The position numbers and the translations under genes were made by a program. DNA of 63,960 nt, counting the filler, from Octopus bimaculoides (lineage: Eukaryota), in assembly GCF_001194135.2 (NCBI RefSeq). It is 7 parts of 6 records of this genome, joined end to end, with 100 filler letters (N's around TTAATTAATTAA, not from the genome) between each part and the next. Parts side by side here need not be neighbours in the genome. Positions count along the whole stretch, not along the records: positions 48,896 to 61,242 come from NC_068983.1; positions 61,343 to 62,848 come from NW_026384945.1; positions 62,949 to 63,960 come from NC_069006.1; 4 more parts are not named here. One strand, 5' to 3'. The notes beneath the pieces were generated by a model. The model ran no database searches, was not told the origin of the DNA, and saw nothing but the letters and a program-made list of their open reading frames with translations. This document shows, one piece after another, positions 51,584-63,444 of this stretch; within the stretch, counting starts at the first letter, position 1; each line of letters starts with the position of its first letter.

Positions 51584-52240
51584 TTTCTATTTTAGGCACA
51601 AGACCACCTGTGTTAAGATTAGGCATCCGTCAGTAGCATCGACTCCATTTCATGACTGATACTTTGTTTTATGGACTCGAGTAGGATGAAAGACGAAGTT
51701 GACACCGGCAGGATTTTAACTCACAACTTAGAATAAATAATCTCAGGCATATTTCTAGACACTTTAACGTTTCTTATTTCTTTACTGCCCACAAGGGGCT
51801 ACACACAAAGAGGACAAACAAGGACAGACAAACAGATTAAGTCGATTATATTGTGCGTAACTGATACTTATTTGATCGACCCCGAAAGGATGAAAGGCAA
51901 AGTCAACCTCGGCGGAATTTGAACTCAGAACGTAAAGACAGACGAAATACCGCTAAGCATTTCGCCCGACGTGCTAAAGTTTCTTATTTCTTTATTGCCC
52001 ACAAGGGGCTAAACATGGAGGGGACAAACAAGGGCAGACAGAGGGATTAAGTCGATTACATCGACTCTTGTGCGTAACTGGTACTTAATTTATCGACCCC
52101 GAAAGGATGAACGGCAAAGTCGACCTCGGCGGAATTTGAACTCAGAATGTAACGGCAGACGAAATATCGCTAAGCATTTCGCCCGGCGTGCTAACGTTTC
52201 TGCTAGCTTGCCGCCTTTAACGTTTCTGACAGCTTGTCAC
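51584..52240 (-). mobile_element. Nested SINE-A cluster: old copy carrying two younger copies
   Basis: 13-bp duplication ctttaacgtttct at 51762-51774 and 52215-52227 brackets two tail-type-i copies. Confidence 0.9.
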
Positions 52241-53470
52241 TCTTCAGGATTAGTAGTCTTGGCCAAAAATTTGGAACATAGTTCTGAAAATTAAAATCTT
52301 TATATTAAATGTTCTAAACCTTTAGCCACGACTGTAGATAATGTAAATTAAGTTTACTCTAAATGGAAAGCCAATTTCACGGCAGGAGGCTGTTACATTA
52401 TAAGGCGTAGTCGAGTAAGGGTGACTCAGCGATTAAACAACAGCAAAGACAATAATCGCAAGTACGCAAGAGTGTTTTTCCATGGTCATTAGACTTGCGA
52501 GAAACTACAGCCGAACCTCTCTGAAATTGCATTTACTTGCATGAAAGAGCAATTTCGCAATAGCTGCATAATTCCAGAAATGTCTTGTGGGTGAAGAAAC
52601 AGTTGTTTATATCGACCTCAAAACACCACCTTTATAATAATTTATTGACCACCAACTTGTATCTAAACAATACCAGAAACAGGAGTAGTGTTACATAACA
52701 TGTTACACGTTATGCGAAACACAACATTATGTTTTCATATTCAATACGGGAACAAACCTGTGCTCCCAGCACTACATGATCATCTATGTCTATGCTTTCT
52801 TCAAGAGACTAGAAAAAGAACAAGCTATCTAACAGATTCTAATTCCGTGCATATTGCTTTAAGGAAAGGATGATAGGTGCAACAACAGAAACTGGAATGC
52901 CAAGTTTTCCTCAGTAATCTGTTCGTGTGTGTGTAAAGCTTCACGAAACAACTATAAGGATGGAAATCGGAAATAAATGTATTATTTGAATCCAAATTAC
53001 GAAAACTGGATATAACGTATAACCCTGAAATATAAATCTCCTTGGCTAACAGCTGATATATCCTTAAGGAAAGAACTCAGCTCAAAAGTACACTATGAAC
53101 GCAATAAACTGCAGAAGAATATGCTTACCCTGAGTGAGTCGTGACTTATAAAATTTCAGCAGCTGAAAATTAATCAGACTGCAAACAGAAAGACTGCGAC
53201 ACATGTTAATTCGATTTTTTTAAAAATGCTATTTCATCAGATATCCCAAAACATGGTTCAAGAAGTAAATGCAGAATAAATGGTTATCTGCATCTTTGCT
53301 GCCATCCTGAGACGGAGACAAACATAAATTTAACTGGCATATACATACATACATACATACATACGAGTGTGCGCGCACACACATACATATATAGATATAC
53401 ACATGATGGCCGTCCACTCATGATCGAGGATAAACCCTTACTGACCTTTAGGAACAGTGTGCGCTCAAGA

Positions 53471-53734
53471 CTACCTTATACTTAACACTTTCCCTGCTCT
53501 TGACAATATACATGACTGCAAACATTGCAGACCAAGCTTTCCCCCATTCATTACACTAGCAATGCGTTTTCGAGCAGCACGCTTAAATTATTCAAGAAGA
53601 ATACGTGTTCTTTCAAAGGTGTCGACACCCTCCTTTGCCTGTTTCCTCCATCCGTGGCGATGACAAGCATTGCTAACCCAGTCAGCCTTCCGCATTTCAC
53701 AGGCCTTTAATGAAGACTTTACACAGTCCTTAAA
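53471..53734 (-). mobile_element. RTE-clade LINE ORF 3' end (pseudogenised)
   Basis: FKDCVKSSLKACEMRKADWVSNACHRHGWRKQAKEGVDTFERTR..*..RKR..QCLQSCILSRAG matches the RTE pattern KD.LK.SLK.C..W...A.DR..WR....G...FE..R. Confidence 0.8.
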
Positions 53735-54349
53735 TCATACATATATATACATATATAACATGGCATATACATTTTTAAAATGTTCCTATATATATCTGTA
53801 CGTGAACAATATATACGCGTGAGTTTGATTCAGAGAACAAATTTCTCCCAATAGACTTCGTGTGTAAAACACAGCAAGTTTTTAAGCAATGTCAGCGGAC
53901 TTCTAGAGATGGTGTTTCGGTATGATTTCGTCTTCTCTACGAGATATGCCATTTCAGTTTTTACCTTCTTATGTGGATAAGATAAAATAAAGCATTTACT
54001 GATGTGTGTAGTGAAGCTTGGCGAGTTGAAATTAATTCATTATAGGGGCAGTAAGCAGCAATGCTTAACATCATGTTGTGGACACAACTGTTGATTTTTA
54101 AATTTTTTTTTTTAACACGCTCCTGTGTCACAGAACTTGGAAGCCGATGTGTTTTTAAACACTAAGTCTATGAGGAGAGTTTCGATCAGCGAGACAAAAC
54201 AGTGAGTACCATTCACTTGCTACTGTGAGAGAACTTGTTGAAAATAGATGTACACATTCATTATCTTGACTCCCAGTACTTCGAGCGCCTATGCTAAACA
54301 AACGTCTGTATGTATGGATTGATAGAGGGATGGATGTATACACACGCAA

Positions 54350-54389
<40 letters not shown>

Positions 54390-54717
54390 GCATATTCGTT
54401 CAGATTCAGGAATAAGGTTTTTGTGCATTTTCCTTTTGATTCGATGAATCAGTTCATATTTTATGCCTTTGTAACGCAAAAATTTGTTTAACCAAATGTA
54501 TGCGTGTTTTCTTTCCTCGTTGTTGTATATAAATCATTTCTTTTTTTCATGTTTTATTTTTCTTGCCATAGCCTGTAGCTAACGTAGCGTTCTCATTTGC
54601 GGAAACTCATGAGTGGTGGGTTTTATGGCTTCAACCTGAAAGAGAGAGGTGGGGGGAATGAGGAGCAAAGATTGGGAGACTGAGAGAGAAGGAGAGAGAG
54701 AGGGAGAGAAAGGAGTC

Positions 54718-54756
<39 letters not shown>

Positions 54757-56199
54757 GACAGATAGACAAACAGACAAATATACCTTTACACGTACATATA
54801 TGCATACATATACATTGAGATACTGTAATTATACAGATAAATATGTCGTGATTATACGAATAGCTGCGTTTGTGTGGATACGAATATGGACTTATAAGTG
54901 TATGTGTGTATGTGTGTAAGGGCATGCATATACATTTATATATTCACAAATGTAAATGAATTGTATACATACATAGTCATAGTAACGCATACAAATATAC
55001 ACACACGAATAAACAAATATGCACGCCCATACATTCACATTCGCGAAGACGTATTCATGCATATTCATGCACGTATACAGCTCTGCATATACACACACAC
55101 ATTTATATATATGCATGTATATATATATATATATATATNNNNNNNNNNNNNNNNNNNNNNNNNNNNNNNNNNNNNNNNNNNNNNNNNNNNNNNNNNNNNN
55201 NNNNNNNNNNNNNNNNNNNNNNNNNNNNNNNNNNNNNNNNNNNNNNNNNNNNNNNNNNNNNNNNNNNNNNNNNNNNNNNNNNNNNNNNNNNNNNNNNNNN
55301 NNNNNNNNNNNNNNNNNNNNNNNNNNNNNNNNNNNNNNNNNNNNNNNNNNNNNNNNNNNNNNNNNNNNNNNNNNNNNNNNNNNNNNNNNNNNNNNNNNNN
55401 NNNNNNNNNNNNNNNNNGCATGCATGTATATATTTATGTGTGTGTGTATGTATATACATACACGCACGCGTGACAATACACGTTAACATACGCGTATACG
55501 TTGGTAAATAGGAAGGGAGGGAGGGAGGGAGGTAGTGAATGAGTGAGTGATGGAGGATAAACTGAGTGATTGAGTGACTGCGTGAATGAATGAATGAATG
55601 AACGAGTGAGTGAATGGGTAAGTGAGTGAGTGAATGGGTAAGTGAATGGGTAAGTGACTGAGGGAGGGATGATAGAGACTGAGTGAATGAGTGAGTGAGT
55701 GAGTCAGTCAGTCAGTCAGTGAGTGAGTGAGTGAGTCGAGTCAGTGAGTGAGTCGAGTCAGTGAGTGACTGATGGAGGATAGAGACTCAGTGAGTGGATG
55801 TGTGAATGAATGAATGAATGAATGAGTAAATAAGTGAGTGAGGAGGGAGATAGAGACTGAGTGAATGAGTGAGTGAGTGAGTTATATGAAAACACAAGTC
55901 TTTCAAGATGGAAACGGGGATTTTGAAATACAAAACAATGAAATGTAAACAAGGTGAAAAAAAAAGGAAGAAAGAAAAAACGCAGATTACGAAGAATTAT
56001 TGGAAGGAGAAAAACTCTGAAGATTTAATTAGACGAACAGACTATAATTCTGTGTTTTTTGTAGTCTTACTTTGTTTTGTAATATTTTACTTCTATTTTT
56101 CTTCTTTTCTTCTCCCATCATCTATTTGGTGGAAAAAACAGATGTCTGGATTCAGTCAACCGTGAATAAACATTGTCAACAAATGCCAAACTTATAACA

Positions 56200-56324
56200 G
56201 CCAGAAACACGGCAGCAACAGCAGCAACAGCGGAAGCAGCAGCAGCAGCGGCAGCAGCAACAGAAGCATTGGCAGCAACTTCAGAAATAACAACAACAAC
56301 AATAACGATAATAATGATATTATT

Positions 56325-56395
<71 letters not shown>

Positions 56396-56400
56396 CAACA
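56200..56400. repeat. (CAG/CAA)-rich tract followed by (AAT)n
   Basis: Direct reading. Confidence 0.9.
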
Positions 56401-56771
56401 GAAATAACAAACAACAGCTAAACTGACACTAGGAAAACAGCTGCAGCAATAGAATAATAACAATGACTTTGACAACATCAGCGGCAGAAGCTGTACCAGA
56501 AACATGAGCACTAAAAACAGAGGGAACGACCACAAAAGCCACAAGAATACTACCACAACCAGGAAACTCAAGGTGATCACGAGGCCTTGCTGAAAAGGCA
56601 GCAAAATGCATCTCATCACATCCTGCGGTATAGGTAAAGAGGACATACTTTCGGTAATAATACTGCGTTTGATTCTAATAGATATTCTTTAACAACCTCA
56701 CTGACCAATCGCTACACCAATGTCTGTTCTGGCACTGTTATTCCAGATATCACTGGCGGCGAGATGAATCG

Positions 56772-56813
<42 letters not shown>

Positions 56814-57198
56814 GCAGTCGAGTGTTCATCATTGACAAGACCAAGGAAGGTCGAAATTACGTGATCTAAGGGGCTTGATCATGTAATCGTGGTCTCGGCG
56901 TTGGAGATGGATGAGATTTATCTCCCCACTAGCGATATAAGCAAGAGTGCATTTTGTACTAAAAGTCAGTATGAGAGTTTCTCTCGTGGTAACTACTGCA
57001 GTATAGTTTGTTCTAATAGAACATCAACGTTTAAGTAGGGATAAATATACTGTCTAATGTACTTCTTGATACAGCATGTTTGAAAGTAGGACGGAACGAT
57101 TACGGGTAGTATTCTTTTCATTGTAGATCTGCTCGATGGAGGTAGATATGGGGTTAAACAACAAAACTAAGTGTTCATAGTATTAACAGCATCATGTA

Positions 57199-57870
57199 TG
57201 GCACAGGTGTGGCTGTGTGGTAAGAAGGTTGCAGGCCGTTAGCAGGCCGGGTAAAATGCTTAGCGGTATTTCGTCTGCCGATACGTTCTGAGTTCAAATT
57301 CCGCCGAGGTCGACTTTGCCTTTCATCCTTTCGGGGTCGATTAAATAAGTACCAGTTACGCACTGGGGTCGATATAATCAACTTAATCCCTTTGTCTGTC
57401 CTTGTTTTTCCCCTCTACGTTTAGCCCCTTGTGAGCAGTAAAGAAATAAGAAGGTTGCTTCCCAACCACTTCATTCAAGGTTCAGTTCCTCTGCGTGGCA
57501 CCTTGAACAAGTGTCTTCTTCTGCTATAGCCTGGGGCCGACCAAAGCTTCGCAAATAGATTATGTAGACAGAAACTGAAACAAGCCCGTCATATATGTGT
57601 ATGTGTGTGTGTGAGAGTATGTATGTGCGTGAGTATGTGTGTGTGTGAGTATGTGTGTGTGTCTTTGTATCGGTTTTTGCCCCTACCACTGCTTGATAAC
57701 TGGTTTTGGGGTGTTTACATCCCCGTAACTTAGCAGTTCGGCAAAATAGCCTGATAGAATAACTGCCAGGTTTAAAATACAAAATAGGTACCGGGGTCAA
57801 TCCGTTCAACTTTCTGCAAGGCATTTCTCCAGCATGACCACAGTGTTATGACTGAAACATGTAAAAGGAA
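57199..57870 (+). mobile_element. SINE-B with a SINE-A inserted in its head (57233-57446)
   Basis: 12-bp TSD taagaaggttgc at 57221-57232 and 57447-57458. Confidence 0.92.
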
Positions 57871-57953
57871 ATATAACAAAAAACTGTTACTCGGAGTTAC
57901 ACGTTTCCGTTCATCGGACAGTTTTGTTATATTTCTGCTGCTTTTAAATAAAG

Positions 57954-58007
<54 letters not shown>

Positions 58008-58664
58008 CCCTGCTATGTCAAGATGGACTTATATATTCTTCCTCTGCTCTCTCCCACTTGGTTTTAATATGTTGCCACATTTGTAATATGTTTTTTTTTC
58101 TACATTTNNNNNNNNNNNNNNNNNNNNNNNNNNNNNNNNNNNNNNNNNNNNNNNNNNNNNNNNNNNNNNNNNNNNNNNNNNNNNNNNNNNNNNNNNNNNN
58201 NNNNNNNNNNNNNNNNNNNNNNNNNNNNNNNNNNNNNNNNNNNNNNNNNNNNNNNNNNNNNNNNNNNNNNNNNNNNNNNNNNNNNNNNNNNNNNNNNNNN
58301 NNNNNNNNNNNNNNNNNNNNNNNNNNNNNNNNNNNNNNNNNNNNNNNNNNNNNNNNNNNNNNNNNNNNNNNNNNNNNNNNNNNNNNNATATATATTTATA
58401 TACAGAGAGAGTGTGTGTGAGTGTGTATTTGTGAGAGTAATTATGTATATATTTACGTATATTATCTATGTCCTGTTAACAGTTCGAAGAATAGGTATTT
58501 ACAAAATAATTACTGTCTTAATAAATATGTGCTGAAACTAATATGATCAACTTAACCCTTGGAGCTAATGACACATCATAGACACAATGCAACGACTAAT
58601 ACCAAACAGGAATACGTCGGATGGGCAACACTCTTCACTTTTGGATGATAGAGTTAATCCTGCT

Positions 58665-58975
58665 TAGGTTAGGAAATTCGGCTCACCATCTTAACATCGA
58701 GAGTTTGCGTCCCGGTGGTGCGCTGTATCTGTCAGCAAGACACTTTATTTCATGTTCCTTTAGTTTACTCAGCTGGCAAAAATGAGTTGTAACAGTATTT
58801 GAAAGAGCCAGCTTTGTCACAATCTGTGTCACGCTGAATCTCCCTGAGAACTACGTTAAGGGCACACATGTCTGTGGAGCGTTCAGCCACTTGCATGTTA
58901 GTTTCACGAGCAAGCTGTTCTGTTGATTGGATCATCTGGAACATATGCCGTCGTAACCGACGGAATGCCTGTTAT
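58665..58975 (+). mobile_element. SINE-C (degenerate head)
   Basis: Aligns to the reverse complement of 22864-23142. Confidence 0.85.
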
Positions 58976-59265
58976 TATTGGATATTTTCAGCGGAGATTA
59001 TTTTGTGCAAATATTGAGAATGAGAACAGTCTCATATAATGGTAATTCAATATCTTAATGTACTATACAATAAACCCTCAGTCATGGCTTCTTATCGCCC
59101 CTCCTGTGTTTGGAAGACCCTCCACAAAGGTCATGGGAATTCTCCTTCCCCTGCTGGATAAAACATAAGAATTATTCGGTTACATAATGAGAATAAATAT
59201 TTCAACTAACATTATTCGAAATGTCACCATTGAAATAGAAATTCGTTTTTTCCGTATGTTGTCAG

Positions 59266-59545
59266 CAGGCAGACATAGCTGTGTGGTTAAGAAACTCGTC
59301 ATGCAACCACGAGTTCAGTCCCATAGTATGGCTCATTGGACAAGCGTATTCAAATGAAGCCTTTTGCTGACCTGTGTCTTGAGAGTGAATTTGGCAGATG
59401 GAAACTATTTGGAAGCCCATCGTATATATGTGTTTGTGTGCTTTTTTATGTTAACCTCCGCACACATGCAAACGCCTGGCAACCGGTAATGGTTTATTTA
59501 CGTCCTCGTGATATAGCAGTTCGATAAAGTAGACCGACAAGGTTA
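59266..59545 (+). mobile_element. SINE-B, degenerate
   Basis: gctgtgtggttaagaa..gttcagtccca..ggaagcccatcgtatat. Confidence 0.65.
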
Positions 59546-59571
59546 ATAGAAGGTGACAAACTGACAAAAAT

Positions 59572-60185
59572 ATTAGCACACCGGCCAATATACGTAGAAG
59601 CATTTCATCCGTCTTTACGTTCTGAGTTCAAATTCGCCATGATCGACTCTGCCTTTTGGAATCGTTGAAATAAATAGGTAGCAGTTGAACAATGGCACCG
59701 ATATAACCGACTAGCTCTGTCTCCTTCAAAATTTCAGAGCTTGTGCCTATAGGAGAACAGATATTGGTTAAATTTTTGGCGCAAGGCTAGCAAGTTGGTG
59801 GGGAGGGAGTAAGTCGATGACATCGACCCCATTACTCAATTGGTACTTATTTTATCGATCTCGAAACGTTGAAAGACAAAGTCGACCTCGGCGGAATTTG
59901 ATCTCATAACGTAAAGACGAACGAAATGTCGGAAAACATTTTGCCCCGTGTGATAACGATTCTTATTTCTTTACTGCCCACAAGGGGCTACACACAGAGG
60001 GGACAAACAAGGACAGACAAACGGATTAAGTCGATTACATCGACCCCAGTGCGTAACTGGTACTTATTTAATCGAACCCAAAAGGATGGAAGGCAATGTC
60101 GACCTCACCGGAATTTGATCTCAGAACGAAATACCGCAAAGCATTTTGCCCCGTGTGCTACTAACGATTCTGCCAGCTCGTCACT
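59572..60185. mobile_element. SINE-A cluster: plus copy (59572-59760) tail-to-tail with nested minus copies (59765-60185)
   Basis: Shared core in both orientations; duplicated taacgattct at 59954-59963 and 60162-60171. Confidence 0.85.
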
Positions 60186-60417
60186 TTTATAATAGAATGG
60201 ATATTAATATGATAGCATAGATATCAATTGCAGTCTGTGAAGAGAGGTATAAAGAAAATGCGGTGTCTGTTGATGATAAATAGGTACATAAACATAATAA
60301 TTATAAGCATTTCAGTTATTGACATCTTTATACATCACATTCTAATCTCTATTCTTTTGCTGCTCATACTTTTTGCTTTTCCCCCAACCTCCAAACTTCT
60401 TCGTGTGCGTGTGTGTG

Positions 60418-60489
<72 letters not shown>

Positions 60490-60989
60490 TGTGTGTGTGT
60501 GTGTGCGCGCGTGGATGTATCTGTCACTTTATCCATCTGCAAAGTATGCCTTGCATTCTCACTTACCCCTCCCCGCCACTTGACTACTCCACTTAGCCTC
60601 CTCCCCACTTACTTTCCCAGATCTTGGCACAAAATTTGCCACCTCACCAACACATTTCACTCTATCGCACAGCTTCCCACACAATAGATACCACATCCCA
60701 ACATTTCCCTCATACCAGTCCACTCCACATCATTCTTTTCCTTAATTCTCTTCCTCATTCCCACTGGTGTGACCTAGATAACCCACTTTCAGATATTCTG
60801 ATTCTCTCTCCATCTGCCACCGTCTCTCAACAAGGAAGACAAGTGTTCGAAACTTTCATTCTTCATACAAATCAACTTTCTTATACTGAACATCTCACTA
60901 CTTTGCAACATTTTTACCGTGTGTGGTGTTGTTATTTTGGGGTTTGTCATATTTGATCATTCTGTGTCTTTTAGATTCTCTTTACTCTC

Positions 60990-61156
60990 TCTTTACTCTT
61001 TTACTTGTTTCATTCATTTGACTGCGGCCATGCTGGAGCACCACTTTTAGTCGAGCAAATCGACCCCAGGTCTCTTTTGCCGAACCGCTACGTTACGGGG
61101 AAGTAAAGAAACCACCATGGGTTTTCAAGCGATGTTGGGGGACAAATATAGACAAA

Positions 61157-61170
<14 letters not shown>
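60990..61170 (-). mobile_element. SINE-B 3' part
   Basis: ttactcttttacttgtttc..gactgcggccatgctggagcacc..tcgaccccagg..gccgaaccgcta. Confidence 0.85.
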
Positions 61171-61197
<27 letters not shown>

Positions 61198-61199
61198 AA

Positions 61200-61242
<43 letters not shown>

Positions 61243-61342
61243 NNNNNNNNNNNNNNNNNNNNNNNNNNNNNNNNNNNNNNNNNNNNTTAATTAATTAANN
61301 NNNNNNNNNNNNNNNNNNNNNNNNNNNNNNNNNNNNNNNNNN
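61243..61342. other. Artificial 100-bp scaffold-join spacer
   Basis: N44-TTAATTAATTAA-N44. Confidence 0.95.
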
Positions 61343-61509
61343 GCATTAACGGACAATTTAAGAATCGTCCTATACAGAATATTTTTACAAAAAGAAAAAA
61401 AGAAAAGAAATAATTAAAAGTACAAACGATGGGATTATTGAGAAATATTTCGATTTTCGAAATATTTATGAAAACAAAATTGTGTTCGTATATTCTTTTA
61501 CATATTGCA

Positions 61510-62232
61510 TTCATTTGGCTTGGCCATGCTGGGGCACCGCCTTAAATAGTTTCCTCAATCAAATCGATGCTTTTAAGTCTATTACGTCTATCAGTTTCTT
61601 TTACGGAAGCNNNNNNNNNNAATCGATGCTTTTAAGTCTATTACGTCTATCAGTTTCTTTTACGGAAGCGACAAGTTGCGAAGAGATAAACAAACTAACA
61701 CCGGTCTTCACACGGTAATGCGAGACAACGTCCAGCACGAACACAATCACACACACTCATAATCACACATACACAGAAACGTTAGCACGCAGAAATGCTT
61801 AGCGGTATTTCGTCTGNNNNNNNNNNNNNNNNNNNNNNNNNNNNNNNNNNNNNNNNNNNNNNNNNNNNNNNNNNNNNNNNNNNNNNNNNNNNNNNNNNNN
61901 NNNNNNNNNNNNNNNNNNNNNNNNNNNNNNNNNNNNNNNNNNNNNNNNNNNNNNNNNNNNNNNNNNNNNNNNNNNNNNNNNNNNNNNNNNNNNNNNNNNN
62001 NNNNNNNNNNNNNNNNNNNNNNNNNNNNNNNNNNNNNNNNNNNNNNNNNNNNCACACACACACACACACACACATACAGCTACACAACGGGCTTCCATTT
62101 TTTCCAGAATTCGTCCATCCAAAGGTATAGTACTAAACATTGAAAACACTTGCTTAATGTACCACGCACTGGGATTGAACTAGAAACCACTTGGTTGCGA
62201 AGCAAATTTTTTAACTGCACAGCCACACCTTG
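61510..62232 (-). mobile_element. Degenerate SINE-B pieces (tail 61510-61735, head 62085-62232) with a SINE-A fragment at 61785-61816
   Basis: ggccatgctggggcaccgcc tail; reverse complement of the ggtgtggctgtgcagtt head. Confidence 0.6.
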
Positions 62233-62848
62233 CTTTCACAGTCTTTCCATGCTAACAATGAAACCGTCTCCAATTTATTTCCAGTTACGAGAATTATATG
62301 TATCTTTAGAAAGTTGTAAGGTTCGCTCCGTTGAGAGAAATATTAAAGCTATTCAGAGCTATTTCGAGCCACACATTCAACACCGCCACCATGTTGTTCT
62401 TCTAAGTATAGAGAACCCAGAATCACCTTGTCTTTAAGATGATAAGTTGTGAATGGAGTAGGATTCGGCTACTAATTCTANNNNNNNNNNNTACCACATG
62501 GAGACCCCTGTTATCGGTTTGGCTCCCTTTTTGTTGGAGACTAAAATTGGAAATAAAAGATAAACTTTGAAATTTCATTTGTTGGTGGTGCTGTTGTAAG
62601 CCCCGGCGTNNNNNNNNNNTAAACTTTGAAATTTCATTTGTTGGTGGTGCTGTTGTAAGCCCCGGCGTCTCCCTAAACACTTCTATTGTTATATAAACAG
62701 TTTAAAAACCCTGTAGAATTTTCCCAAAAATGAAAAGTGTAATTCAAATTTGTGAAACCTACTTAAAATGCATATTTTGTAGTCAAGTAGAACCTCCTTG
62801 TAGACATGATTGTTAGTAAAATACAGTTTCTATTTCTCTCTGTTAATA

Positions 62849-62948
62849 NNNNNNNNNNNNNNNNNNNNNNNNNNNNNNNNNNNNNNNNNNNNTTAATTAA
62901 TTAANNNNNNNNNNNNNNNNNNNNNNNNNNNNNNNNNNNNNNNNNNNN
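62849..62948. other. Artificial 100-bp scaffold-join spacer
   Basis: N44-TTAATTAATTAA-N44. Confidence 0.95.
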
Positions 62949-62988
<40 letters not shown>

Positions 62989-63444
62989 CTTGTATACATA
63001 CGAATAAATGTATATGCATAAATATATGTAGATGTGAATGTGTATATGTATGTTTTGTACGCATGCATGTGTGTATGTAGGTACATACGTATGTATGTAT
63101 GTATGTATGTATGTATGTATGTATGTATGTATGTATGTATGTACGTATGTATTTATGTATGTGTGCTTCTTAACAGAGAGAGAAAAGAACTGACGAATAT
63201 GCAAACCATTTCCATCCAGTACCGAGCCCTTTTGTCACTAATACTCCTTCAGTATAATCCCGGGGACCTCATTGAGGTACCCACGGCTAAGCTAGAGAAA
63301 ATCTCAAAGCAGTAGTGGGCCCTAGAGACGTGAATGGTACGCTCGGGTATCCAGGTTTTACAGGGCCACTTTGCTGGGTTTTGAAGAATGACAAGATCTC
63401 TTTGACTAAAGGTTTCAATGCTAGGATGGAACCCTATAAATATT

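Noticed and set aside
51770-52214. Repeated ~210-bp units resembling a CRISPR or tandem array
   Set aside because: Units are whole SINE copies with no unique spacers or cas genes, in a eukaryotic context.
52420-52432. TGACTCAGC AP-1/ARE-like site
   Set aside because: A single short motif is expected by chance and there is no promoter context.
60624-60956. 110-aa ORF vaguely like a GIY-YIG tail (FLNSLPHSH)
   Set aside because: No P.GLN or other diagnostic motif; C/T-rich low complexity.
61562-61669. 49-bp direct repeat
   Set aside because: Identical copies on either side of a 10-N gap; unmerged contig overlap.
62561-62668. 49-bp direct repeat
   Set aside because: Identical copies flanking a 10-N gap; assembly artefact.
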